DNA of 36,153 bases from assembly GCA_947499775.1 (NCBI GenBank), contig CANMPY010000001.1, positions 1 to 36,153 of the forward strand, given 5' to 3'. This document shows, piece by piece, positions 9,595-18,770 of the stretch (its first letter is position 1; each line of letters starts with the position of its first letter). The position numbers and the translations under genes are program-made. Source of the stretch: Bacteroidota bacterium. GTDB lineage: Bacteria; Bacteroidota; Bacteroidia; NS11-12g; UBA9320. Below the pieces are notes generated by a model. The model was not told the DNA's origin. It saw nothing but the letters and a program-made list of their open reading frames with translations, and made no database searches.

Positions 9595-10521
9595 TTAGTT
9601 CCTAAAATGATTTAAAATATACAACTCGTCAAACAAGCCTATTAGTTCAAGTATGCTGCTGTTTTGGCGGTTTTTCATTTCGAGGGAAATCTCAAAATTA
9701 ACCGTATTTGCTTCCATTTGCTTGCACACAAATGAGCCTTGGTTAATTTTTTTACTCCAAATTTCCATTTCTTTTGGTTTAAGCAATTTATCATCGTTAA
9801 CATCAGTCATTAACTTAAACAATTTGGTAGCATCTAATAACCCAAAAGAGGGAGAATTGGCATATGAATTATATTCCTTTCCAACGGTTTTTTCAGCACT
9901 CAAGCCAAGGGCTATCTCCGAAGTTGCTAAATTTTTATCATTGGTAATAAACAACAAACTGTCCTTTATAACCACAAAAAACTGACCATCAATATCTTCT
10001 TTAGGCGATTTGAAAACGAAGGTATTTGGCGAGAGTTCCGTTAATGCATCCATTCGCTGTATTAATTTAAGAATGCGCTTTACGTTTGCTTGATTTTCCA
10101 TTGTGAACATTGCGATAAACTCAGGGATATACTTGGTTTTGGTTTTTTCGATATTTCTATTTTCAAACGTTAAAGAATCGTATTCGAAGCTTGTGTAATT
10201 AGACAAATAGGATTTTATACCAGTAAAGGCAATTAAGGCATCGCCTTTAAGCGAATGATGAATAACCCTTTTATCCAAAAATAAATCGCTTAGCTCAATG
10301 GCTGCAATAATATACTTATTAGGCACGATGCTACTTGCATTTGCTCGGCGTATTATTTCGTAGTATAAATCGGAAACAGCTTCTGTATTCGCACTAAAGC
10401 CAAGCATACCAATAAGATTTTCTTTTTTAACATATTTAAAAAATTCAGGATTGATATTTTTTGAATATATGTTTTGAATATAGGGTTTAATCGTTTCATT
10501 AAACGCATTAAAAAAAGTCAT
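9595..10521 (-). CDS. Hypothetical protein (may be the C-terminal part of the upstream ORF)
   Basis: 308-aa ORF with no signal peptide. It is in the same frame as ORF 10537-11649 and separated from it by one TAA plus 5 sense codons. Confidence 0.5.
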   Translation of the reverse strand: MTFFNAFNETIKPYIQNIYSKNINPEFFKYVKKENLIGMLGFSANTEAVSDLYYEIIRRANASSIVPNKYIIAAIELSDLFLDKRVIHHSLKGDALIAFTGIKSYLSNYTSFEYDSLTFENRNIEKTKTKYIPEFIAMFTMENQANVKRILKLIQRMDALTELSPNTFVFKSPKEDIDGQFFVVIKDSLLFITNDKNLATSEIALGLSAEKTVGKEYNSYANSPSFGLLDATKLFKLMTDVNDDKLLKPKEMEIWSKKINQGSFVCKQMEANTVNFEISLEMKNRQNSSILELIGLFDELYILNHFRN

Positions 10522-10536
10522 TTTTATCGTTCCATT

Positions 10537-11649
10537 TTAAAGGTTGCCTAAGCCGTACATGGTATTATTCGAAAGTAATTTGGCAAGGGTATTAACAGGC
10601 TTATTGGATAGCAATACTCTCATAACCGCTGTATCCATAGTAGCGCGATTGTAGTATTTATCGCCTACTAAATCAATAATTTGTTGCGAGTAATTATTGT
10701 AATTAAACCAATAGATAATATCATCTTTAGCAGATAAAATTTTAGCACACGCAGCATCAGACATTATGCTTTCGGTTGCCTTTTGTTCAGTTATTAATTT
10801 TTGATGCCGAGCCATATTAAGGTCGTGCTTCTCAAAAAAATCATTTTCCCTTTGCTTTCGCAATTCTATCCATTTCCGTTCAAAGTCTTGCATCAATGGA
10901 TTGGTATCATAGTTAGATTCGGAGTCGGACACAGGTTCTACGGCTATTGTCGTTTCTTCATAAGATTCATCTATTTCTTGCTCTACGCTTTCTACGGAAT
11001 CAATGATATCTGGAGCGGATAAAGTATCTATAAGCGGCAATTCCACATTAGTAATAGCTGTGTCAGCAGGTAAATTGGTAAGTGAGATGCTGTCGAGCTG
11101 ATGGATTAACTTATACCGTTGGTCATTGTATTCGTCGTAATCGTATACCGAATAATAAGGCTGTTTCCATAATGAAATAATAGCATACCCTTTAGCCACC
11201 GTAATACAAACCTTGTGATCATGCTGTAAAACTTTGTTTTTGCCTTCCTTTTTAAACGCTGAACTGTTTGATTTAGATTTTAATATATCTAAAATTCTGC
11301 TTTCGAAGGCCTTGGCATCCGAAACGGGTATTAAATAGCTTAAGTCTGCAATACTGTCGTGATTTTCAGAGTAAATATACAATTTCCCAGTTCTGCTTAT
11401 CCCGGCTTTTTCAGGCAATCTAAACAATTCTTTAAGCATGTTATTCGCTTGAAAAGATTGCTCAGTGTTAAGTTTTTTCAGAAAATTAGTGTTCCCTAAA
11501 TCGTTAAAATTAATTTTTTGTGAAAGGGTAGTAAAGTTAAAAGCCATCACAAAAGCAGCCTGCTTTGGTATTTTATTTTCTAAAGTAAGTTGGGCATTCC
11601 CTATCAGCGGTATTGACAGAATTAAAGCTAAGAGTATTTTATGGTACAT
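10537..11649 (-). CDS. Hypothetical secreted protein (possible DUF4836-like)
   Basis: 370-aa ORF with signal peptide MYHKILLALILSIPLIGNAQ, then KIPKQAAFVMAFNFTTLSQK...GISRTGKLYIYS, and an acidic low-complexity segment (VESVEQEIDESYEETT). Its start overlaps the upstream lipoprotein gene by 11 nt. Confidence 0.6.
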   Translation of the reverse strand: MYHKILLALILSIPLIGNAQLTLENKIPKQAAFVMAFNFTTLSQKINFNDLGNTNFLKKLNTEQSFQANNMLKELFRLPEKAGISRTGKLYIYSENHDSIADLSYLIPVSDAKAFESRILDILKSKSNSSAFKKEGKNKVLQHDHKVCITVAKGYAIISLWKQPYYSVYDYDEYNDQRYKLIHQLDSISLTNLPADTAITNVELPLIDTLSAPDIIDSVESVEQEIDESYEETTIAVEPVSDSESNYDTNPLMQDFERKWIELRKQRENDFFEKHDLNMARHQKLITEQKATESIMSDAACAKILSAKDDIIYWFNYNNYSQQIIDLVGDKYYNRATMDTAVMRVLLSNKPVNTLAKLLSNNTMYGLGNL

Positions 11650-12307
11650 ATAATTTAATTTGATTTTCGATGGTTTCCTTTTGATTAATAATATTTAAAA
11701 GTGAGCTCTGAAGCATAATGGCTTTTTTGCTAGGAGACACCTTGGCTCGTTTGTTGGTATAACTTGAAATTTGGTTTTCAAAATGATAGATAGTTGTATA
11801 TTTTGCTTTGGTTAATATTCGTTTTTCAGTCGGATTATTCATGCGTTTTCGTGTAGCGGCCTCAAGAGGTGCACTTTCTCGTTTGGCGAGTTTGCCATCA
11901 AAACCAAGTTTATTCTTAGGCGCTTTTGATTCGTCATCTAAAAAATCGGCGTAGATATTTTTTAAGCCTGTTTCTAAATTTTTAGTAGATTTAAATTCGG
12001 TTTTTAATTCAAATATCCAGTTTTTAAAATCCCGTTTAATGGTAATGTTCGACAAACCTTCTGTTTTTTTAAGGGTAACAATGGCCTGATTAAAAGAGGC
12101 ATTAATATCGTTTACTTTTGGAATGTGATATCCCGAAGAGCTGTCGAGACGCATAAGGGTGTTGATTTCATTTTTGCTCTGGCTTAAATTTAGGCTGAGC
12201 TTAAATACGCCAGAACCATTTTTGTTAAAGTTAATTTCTTCAATTACCTCAAAGCATGAGCATAAGCTAATTAGCAGAAAAAAAATGAAACAAATTTTTA
12301 AAACCAT
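11639..12307 (-). CDS. Hypothetical lipoprotein
   Basis: The internal ATG at 12307 gives MVLKICFIFFLLISLCSC, a lipobox-like L-C-S-C. It is the first gene of the four-gene minus-strand cluster. The 26-codon upstream extension in the ORF track has no signal-peptide character. Confidence 0.55.
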   Translation of the reverse strand: MVLKICFIFFLLISLCSCFEVIEEINFNKNGSGVFKLSLNLSQSKNEINTLMRLDSSSGYHIPKVNDINASFNQAIVTLKKTEGLSNITIKRDFKNWIFELKTEFKSTKNLETGLKNIYADFLDDESKAPKNKLGFDGKLAKRESAPLEAATRKRMNNPTEKRILTKAKYTTIYHFENQISSYTNKRAKVSPSKKAIMLQSSLLNIINQKETIENQIKLYVP

Positions 12308-12464
12308 TTTTTGAGTAGGCAATATTAAGATGATTTTTAATGGAACGGTTAAATTGTGTTTAATATTTTGAAGTGTTCGGTGCATAAGAATTACGTTAAA
12401 AGGAGGCAGTAAAAAAAATATGTCTGAATCATTCCACTATTTTCTTTTTTTTTGCATACCATAA

Positions 12465-13568
12465 ATGCACAGATCAATCAAAAGTGTAATTTTCTTTCTT
12501 TTTATTGCATTGGGGACAATTTCTGCCCATGCGCAATATAAATGGGCAGTAGGAGCTACGTATCTTCCTGGTTTTTTATTTGGTCACCGCGACGATTCTC
12601 GAAATTTAGAAGCCCATACGCAAGGATTTGAATTGTCGATTGCCCACTTAAATCACAAAAATAAAAATTGGTCCACTTATTTTAAAAATGCAGAAGTAGG
12701 CTACGAATTTATATATCTTGATTTGGGTCACCCAAATCTATTGGGCAAAGCCTATGGCCTAGGTGCTAATTTTCAGTTCCGAATTGCAGGACACAAAACC
12801 AATCATTTAGCGCTGCGATTGGGAAGTGGCGTAGGCTATATTACCCGAATATTTGATGTTGAAACCAATCGCCACAATATGGCTATTGGAAGCCATTGGA
12901 ATGGAAACATACAGATAGCCTTGCTTTACAAAACACAATTATCTCCCAAATACAGTTTAAAAACTGGGCTTGGAATTACACATTATTCCAATGGAAGCAT
13001 CCATACTCCAAATTTAGGAATTAACGTGCCGAGTTTGTTTATTGGACTTCAATCAGGCGTAATTAAAGTTGGACTTAAGGCCGATGACACATCGTTAATA
13101 AAGAAGACAAAATTGACACGCCATGAGATAATGGCCAACTATGCCTACAAGGAGAAATTTTTTGCCAATCCTCGAATCTTTCATATTTTTAATGTTGGCT
13201 ACAGATGGAACAAACCTATAAATCCTGTAAGGCGATGGTATTTAGGTACCGATTTGGTTTGGGACCCAACACATCCCTATTCCTATTACTTAAGCGACCC
13301 TAATCCGAGAGTTGGTATTGATAACAGCACCGAGCTTGGTGTTCTTATTGGGCATAGGTACGATATAGGAAAATTTTCGTTAGTGAGCGATATCGGGTTT
13401 TATATTTTAAATCCATACCAGACCAAATATTTTACCTATCAACGACTTGGGTTTAGATATGCCATTAGTAAAAAATTATTTATCAACTCTACTCTAAAAA
13501 TTCATTTTGGTACGGCCGATTATTTTGAATGGGGGCTAGGGTATTCCTTTAATAAATTTAAAAAATGA
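12465..13568 (+). CDS. Acyloxyacyl hydrolase (PagL-like lipid A deacylase family) outer-membrane protein
   Basis: 367-aa ORF with signal peptide ending TISAHAQ and beta-barrel-like alternating sequence. It has the PagL-type catalytic His/Ser context ITHYSNGS and a C-terminal aromatic-rich strand. Confidence 0.65.
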   Translation: MHRSIKSVIFFLFIALGTISAHAQYKWAVGATYLPGFLFGHRDDSRNLEAHTQGFELSIAHLNHKNKNWSTYFKNAEVGYEFIYLDLGHPNLLGKAYGLGANFQFRIAGHKTNHLALRLGSGVGYITRIFDVETNRHNMAIGSHWNGNIQIALLYKTQLSPKYSLKTGLGITHYSNGSIHTPNLGINVPSLFIGLQSGVIKVGLKADDTSLIKKTKLTRHEIMANYAYKEKFFANPRIFHIFNVGYRWNKPINPVRRWYLGTDLVWDPTHPYSYYLSDPNPRVGIDNSTELGVLIGHRYDIGKFSLVSDIGFYILNPYQTKYFTYQRLGFRYAISKKLFINSTLKIHFGTADYFEWGLGYSFNKFKK

Positions 13569-14311
13569 AACCTTTACTATTAAACCTCTGTTTGATTTTA
13601 GGGCTATTCAGTAGCTGTCGCAAGGATCAGTGGAACGATTGTGTTCAAAGTACCGGCGATGATATTACCGTATCTCGACCTCTAGAAGCATTTACAAAAC
13701 TTTATATTGGCGATAAATATGATATCGTATTAATACAAGACACCACACTTCCCGAACAATTGACCATCACTGCTGGCCGACATATTATTAATCAGATAAA
13801 TAGCAAGATAAAAAACAATACCCTTACAATTGAAAATAAGAACACCTGCAATTTTGTTAGAAGTTACGATCGTAAAATAACCCTTGAAATACGGGTTCGG
13901 TTTTTGGATGATATTCAAATTTATTCTATTGCAAATATTAAAAGCCTCGATACCTTGCATTTTGAATTAAGAACGGTAAAGTTGAAAAACTTTGGCTTAG
14001 GCGATGTGGATTTAAAAATAAATGCGGGTATTTTAGACGTGCAAACAATGAATTCAGGAAATATTTTTTTAGAGGGATTTGCCAATATTTTAAGTTGCAG
14101 TATCGAGGAAATTACGGTGCTAGATGCTCGTAAACTTTTATGCGATGATATTTATATCGATAGCCATACGCCATTGGATTGTTTTGTAAATCCAAAAAAT
14201 AAACTCTCCGTTAAAATTTTTAATAAAGGCAATGTCTTTTATGTTTCAGAGCCTTTGGTCAAAAAGGAGCTCACAAGCCATAGTGGCAAAGGTCAGTTGC
14301 TTAAGTTATAA
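13565..14311 (+). CDS. Lipoprotein with head GIN / DUF2807-like domain
   Basis: The 4-nt ATGA overlap with the upstream gene suggests translational coupling. Lipobox LGLFSSC is present. Repetitive beta-helix-like segments (LGDVDLKINAGILDVQTMNSGNIFLEGFANIL) are typical of DUF2807. Confidence 0.6.
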   Translation: MKPLLLNLCLILGLFSSCRKDQWNDCVQSTGDDITVSRPLEAFTKLYIGDKYDIVLIQDTTLPEQLTITAGRHIINQINSKIKNNTLTIENKNTCNFVRSYDRKITLEIRVRFLDDIQIYSIANIKSLDTLHFELRTVKLKNFGLGDVDLKINAGILDVQTMNSGNIFLEGFANILSCSIEEITVLDARKLLCDDIYIDSHTPLDCFVNPKNKLSVKIFNKGNVFYVSEPLVKKELTSHSGKGQLLKL

Positions 14312-14327
14312 TGTTAATTATGAAGGG

Positions 14328-15455
14328 TTATGGTATAACCAACGCATTATATAAGGATTCGTACTGAGGCACAATTTTTTCAATGCCAAATTTTAAAGAA
14401 TTTTGACGTGCATTGGCTCTGAATTGATCTAAACTTGCGTCGGACTCTAAAATAGTTAATACATATCCAGTCATTGCATCGGTATCGCCAACATTGGCAA
14501 TAAAGCCTGAATATCCATGAATATTAAGTTCGGGCAAACCGCCTGTATTGGTACATACAACAGGCACTCCACAGGCCATTGCTTCTAATGCCGCTAGCCC
14601 AAAACTTTCGGTTTCAGAAGGCATAATAAACACATCAGCAATTGATAGTATTTTTTCGATGGCGTCTTGCTTTCCCATAAAAACAACCTGTTTAGTTATG
14701 TTGAGTTTAGCGCATAACAATTCTATGCTACGGCGCTCTGGCCCATCACCAACAAGTATCAATTTGCATGCTTTCGTTTGTAATACGGCGTTAAAAATAT
14801 GGATAACATCTTCAATGCGTTTTACTTTTCTGAAATTTGATGTATGCATCAATATTAATTCACCATCGCTCGCAAATGCATTGCGATAGGTTAAGTTGGT
14901 CTGTCGACTATATTTATCTAAATCAATAAAATTTGGAATAACCTCGATGGCTTTATTTATTTTAAAATATTTATAAGTATCGTCGCGCAAACTAGCCGAT
15001 ACCGCTGTAACAGCATTGCTCTGATTGAGCGAATAAGAAACCACACCCTCATAATTAGGATCTTTTCCTACTAATGTTATATCAGTTCCATGCAGAGTAG
15101 TAATAACAGGGATGGCTATACCATTAATATCGCGCAATATATTTTTGGCCATAATAGCTGCTGCTGCATGGGGTATAGCATAATGAACATGAAGCACATC
15201 TAATTTTGCATTTTGAACCACCTCAACAATTTTTCCGGTTAGGGCCAATTCATAAGGAGGATATTGAAACAAAGGATAGGTAGACACCGTTACTTCGTGA
15301 TAAAATAAATTTTGTGAAAAATAATCGAGTCGAGCAGGCTGATCATATGAAATGAAATGAACAGAATGACCCGCAATGGCCAATAATTTACCGAGCTCAG
15401 TAGCCACAACGCCACTGCCACCAAAGGTTGGATAACAAACTATGCCTATGTTCAT
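14328..15455 (-). CDS. bshA: N-acetyl-alpha-D-glucosaminyl L-malate synthase (bacillithiol biosynthesis glycosyltransferase, GT4)
   Basis: 375 aa. MNIGIVCYPTFGGSGVVATELGKLLA..GH.VHFISY, HVHYAIPHA, TTLHGTDIT, HTSNFRKVKR, LVGDGPE and SETESFGLAALEAMACGVPVV..NTGGLPE are near-collinear with characterised BshA. Confidence 0.85.
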   Translation of the reverse strand: MNIGIVCYPTFGGSGVVATELGKLLAIAGHSVHFISYDQPARLDYFSQNLFYHEVTVSTYPLFQYPPYELALTGKIVEVVQNAKLDVLHVHYAIPHAAAAIMAKNILRDINGIAIPVITTLHGTDITLVGKDPNYEGVVSYSLNQSNAVTAVSASLRDDTYKYFKINKAIEVIPNFIDLDKYSRQTNLTYRNAFASDGELILMHTSNFRKVKRIEDVIHIFNAVLQTKACKLILVGDGPERRSIELLCAKLNITKQVVFMGKQDAIEKILSIADVFIMPSETESFGLAALEAMACGVPVVCTNTGGLPELNIHGYSGFIANVGDTDAMTGYVLTILESDASLDQFRANARQNSLKFGIEKIVPQYESLYNALVIP

Positions 15456-15765
15456 GTTTATTTGTTTTGAATTGCCAATTAAGGGATTAATTACAAGTTA
15501 CAAATTACGGGTAATTTACAATTTTTTAAGTCGTAATTCATCATTTCAAATTGCATTTAGGTAATACTTATTTAGCAAATAAAATATTTATCTGATGGCC
15601 ATTCAATAGATTATTCTATGTTTACACCTAATTGATGTTCCTAAATTTAAGAGTCGTTCAGATTAAATATATTCTTTCTTTTCCAAAATAAACTATTTGT
15701 AAACATTCATTATACGAATAGAAAATGGAAATCCTTTTGATGTATGGCATGCCTTCTATAACTTA

Positions 15766-16164
15766 TTAGGGCAATTTAGCCTTTGGCTTAATGGCGCGTA
15801 TTGTTTTTACTATAGGTTTGGCATTAGCATCTTCGGCTTTTGAACTTAAGCATTTTTCTAAGTCAACCCTAGTATTCGAAAGTCTTACTTTAAGCTTATC
15901 TATTTTGGTGCTATAATCCACGATTAATGATTTTTTTAAGGCCGATTTTTCTTCGGTCACCTCATGAAGTCTTTTATTTAAAACCTTTATCTGACTCTCC
16001 AAAGATGTTGTATCATCAACATTAGGATTATTCATTTTGGGTTTTGAAAAAGAATTAAACAAATAACCTAAAATAAAGGCTACAAGCAACATGATAATTA
16101 TTTCAAAGCTTGCATTCAAACTGTATGGATTTGTGATAGTAAGGTCAAACATGATGGATAGCAA
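15766..16164 (-). CDS. Hypothetical single-pass membrane protein with coiled-coil tail
   Basis: TM helix IIIMLLVAFILGYLFNSF is followed by a heptad-like charged helix (LESQIKVLNKRLHEVTEEKSALKKSL...KLKVRLSNTRVDLEK). The start abuts the stop of the upstream gene at 16165. Confidence 0.45.
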   Translation of the reverse strand: MLSIMFDLTITNPYSLNASFEIIIMLLVAFILGYLFNSFSKPKMNNPNVDDTTSLESQIKVLNKRLHEVTEEKSALKKSLIVDYSTKIDKLKVRLSNTRVDLEKCLSSKAEDANAKPIVKTIRAIKPKAKLP

Positions 16165-17010
16165 TTAATAAGTTATGATTACGTATGGATTATGAATGGG
16201 TTTAGAATTTTGGGAGGTAAATTTTTCGTCAGCCACTTGATTCGAAGTATTGAGCTGCGCCGAAGGAACGCCAAGCGTTAAAAATTCTTTTTTTATTACC
16301 CAAGCTCTCACACGGCCAATGGCAATGTCTTCATCTCGGTTAGTAAACCCTATAATTGAAATGGATTTGCCACTGTGTTTTATTTTACCAGCCAATTGCG
16401 ATATATGTTCTTCTATGCCTGTATTTTGGGCTCTATGAATGGCTTTGGCATCAAAAGGGATAACAAATTGATTTCCCTGCACAATGTTCTTTTCAACTGC
16501 CACATGAGTAAATAACCCAGAATTGTTATTGTTTAATGAATCGGTCCGAATACCTTTGGCGTTAGGAGAGGCCTTTAAATTCAAATGTGTTTGATGTGCC
16601 GTGAATTGACCAACTGGAATTGTGGAAGTTGAAAGTTTTGAGATAGCACTAAATTTTGATGTATCCATTAAAGAGCCTAACAGTTTTTTAATTGCATGTG
16701 CCCTAGCCAGTCCTAAATTTTTAAATGCGGATGAATTCTTTTCAGAAGCATAATACACCCCAACAACTTGAATTTGTTTTTCCTTTTTCAGGAGGTTTTT
16801 TAAAGAATCGCAATACCCATGAAACCCTTTTTCTTTAATCGCGTTATACGATGAAGATGTAAATAGGATGGAGCTCCCATGAAAAGTATTTATGCTCGCC
16901 AAAGTACGTTTATTACCTAACCCTTTGATAGAATAGGTATACCTATACCAACACAATGTGCACCATACTATAAATAGACAGACGATAATCCAACGTTTTA
17001 GGCTAACCAT
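16165..17010 (-). CDS. Hypothetical membrane-anchored protein with two degenerate OmpA-C-like segments
   Basis: N-terminal TM WIIVCLFIVWCTLCWY. Two segments resemble the OmpA/MotB peptidoglycan-binding core: VVGVYYASEKNSSAFKNLGLARAHAIKKLL and SIIGFTNRDEDIAIGRVRAWVIKKEFLTLGV. Confidence 0.45.
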   Translation of the reverse strand: MVSLKRWIIVCLFIVWCTLCWYRYTYSIKGLGNKRTLASINTFHGSSILFTSSSYNAIKEKGFHGYCDSLKNLLKKEKQIQVVGVYYASEKNSSAFKNLGLARAHAIKKLLGSLMDTSKFSAISKLSTSTIPVGQFTAHQTHLNLKASPNAKGIRTDSLNNNNSGLFTHVAVEKNIVQGNQFVIPFDAKAIHRAQNTGIEEHISQLAGKIKHSGKSISIIGFTNRDEDIAIGRVRAWVIKKEFLTLGVPSAQLNTSNQVADEKFTSQNSKPIHNPYVIITY

Positions 17011-17098
17011 TTAAAATTGACCAATTAAGCGTTGCAATTTATCACATATCTCCCTATTGTTTAAAATTATTTTTCAGGGAAGTATTTCGGCATGAAGC

Positions 17099-17131
17099 AA
17101 AAAAAATCCCATTCTTAATAAGGATGGGATT
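17099..17131 (-). terminator. Intrinsic terminator hairpin downstream of the NifU-like gene
   Basis: AATCCCAT / ATGGGATT stem (17105-17112 / 17124-17131), extendable by further pairs. On the minus strand it is followed by a run of 8 U (plus-strand A-run 17099-17106). Confidence 0.5.
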
Positions 17132-17294
17132 TTTACCTAAACTTTTAAAAACGTATATGACTACTGTAAATAATAATGTACCTAACAACATGATAATTTA
17201 CAAAGGGATAGACATAGAAAAAAACAGAAAAGTTGCATAAAGGCTAAAAAAAATATTCAAACGTCTAAAAATAAGATAATTATTTTTTTTTGAA

Positions 17295-17537
17295 TTAAAT
17301 AGCGATAACAGATGTTATGGCAGGTATTGCTTTTTTAAGGCTGTCTTCTATTCCGGCTTTCATGGTAAAACGACTCATTGTACAGGTGCTACAGGTGCCT
17401 AATAACTTTAATTTTACCACCATTTCGGGCGACACCTCGATAAATTCAACATCACCCCCATCAGCCCTTAAGTATGGTCGAACCGTTTCTAAGGTTGCTT
17501 CAATTTTTGCACGTAAATCTTTGCCGGTTTCAATCAT
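17295..17537 (-). CDS. NifU-like (Nfu C-terminal domain) Fe-S cluster scaffold/carrier protein
   Basis: 80 aa. RPYLRADGGDVEFIEV...VKLKLLGTCSTCTMS contains the CxxC motif typical of the NifU C-terminal domain. Confidence 0.85.
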   Translation of the reverse strand: MIETGKDLRAKIEATLETVRPYLRADGGDVEFIEVSPEMVVKLKLLGTCSTCTMSRFTMKAGIEDSLKKAIPAITSVIAI

Positions 17538-17570
17538 TATTACCTATGCAAATATAGGGAAACAAGAGGC

Positions 17571-18677
17571 TTATTTATTGCCGATATTAAATTTAAAATA
17601 GACCTCGGCTATATTGTTAAGTTGTTTTTCGGAAAGATCATAAATAATATTGAGCCGGCCCACAAAGGTAGCATGCTCCCAAATGCGTCTTTCAACCAAT
17701 AACCGTGCCATTAGCATTTTGCGATATTGGCGATAGTCCCCAGGATATTCTCTACTTTTACTTTGGTAAAGGGGTTCGCCTAGTGGCGAAATAAACTGAT
17801 GAGCGTCCCAATAATTAAACATGAGGCCTACATACTTATGGTGAAATGACAAAGCAATATATTGCCCCGTTCCATCAATAAAAGAATCAGATTTTGCTGT
17901 AATTAAATCTTCATAAAAGGTAACAAAACCTTGAAAATCTATTTTATCAATAAAATTGTGAGGCATTTTTTGAGTTAAATGAAGGCCATATGCAAAGTTA
18001 AATTGGGTTTTGATGACGGGATGAGGTTGCGCATATATTTCACCACCCACATGCCTTCCAACCACTTGAATAGGGATTTTAAGTTTAAAGTTTTTTAAAT
18101 CGATGCATTTAATATTACCACTAAATCCAACGGTAAATTTCTCTTGGGTGGTAGAGGTACGGTAAATCATTTTTTCCCAATCAATCCATTGATCAAAAGT
18201 AAGGCGTTTATATTTTCCTTTCATCTGCAATCCATTCTCAATTCGTTTATCAATAAAATTTTCGGTGGCATAAAGGGGTTCAATCAATTTATGGTCTAAG
18301 CTTCCATCCAAAGTCCCAAAATTTATTTTTAAATTTTTTGTTGAATAGGTAAGGGTATAAGTTGGAATTAGGTTTCGAAACGTGGTGGTCCCAAAATCTT
18401 TTTGAATAAAAAGGCCTGCCCTAAAACTAAGTGCTTTGTTATAGCGATAGTAAGCCGAGGGCCATAGTTGTGTTCCGGCCCAGGTTGCACCTTGTTCAAT
18501 ATCGCTTTTATATTCAGTATTTCGAACATAGTTAACATTATCAACCATATACCCAAATTTTGATTTATTCGATATTAAACTGTCTGGATTTGCGTTAAAT
18601 AATAACGAATTATTAAGTTGCGAATAGCTTTGTTGGCCAATTATAAGGCTAAAGATGAGTAAAATATTATTTTTCAA
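17571..18677 (-). CDS. Hypothetical outer-membrane beta-barrel protein
   Basis: 368 aa with signal peptide MKNNILLIFSLIIGQQSYSQ. Strand-like alternating aromatic sequence runs throughout, with a C-terminal YFKFNIGNK. Confidence 0.55.
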   Translation of the reverse strand: MKNNILLIFSLIIGQQSYSQLNNSLLFNANPDSLISNKSKFGYMVDNVNYVRNTEYKSDIEQGATWAGTQLWPSAYYRYNKALSFRAGLFIQKDFGTTTFRNLIPTYTLTYSTKNLKINFGTLDGSLDHKLIEPLYATENFIDKRIENGLQMKGKYKRLTFDQWIDWEKMIYRTSTTQEKFTVGFSGNIKCIDLKNFKLKIPIQVVGRHVGGEIYAQPHPVIKTQFNFAYGLHLTQKMPHNFIDKIDFQGFVTFYEDLITAKSDSFIDGTGQYIALSFHHKYVGLMFNYWDAHQFISPLGEPLYQSKSREYPGDYRQYRKMLMARLLVERRIWEHATFVGRLNIIYDLSEKQLNNIAEVYFKFNIGNK

Positions 18678-18770
18678 AAGGATAAAACGTCAAATATAGA
18701 GTAATTAAAAGTGAACTAACCCATAGAAAAGCAATTTGGAATACAATTTGCCATTTAAAAAAAACAGCCC

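Noticed and set aside
15491-15521. Three TTACAA hexamers upstream of bshA
   Set aside because: This is a short AT-rich hexamer in an AT-rich gap with irregular spacing (7 and 18 nt). It is not distinguishable from background by eye.
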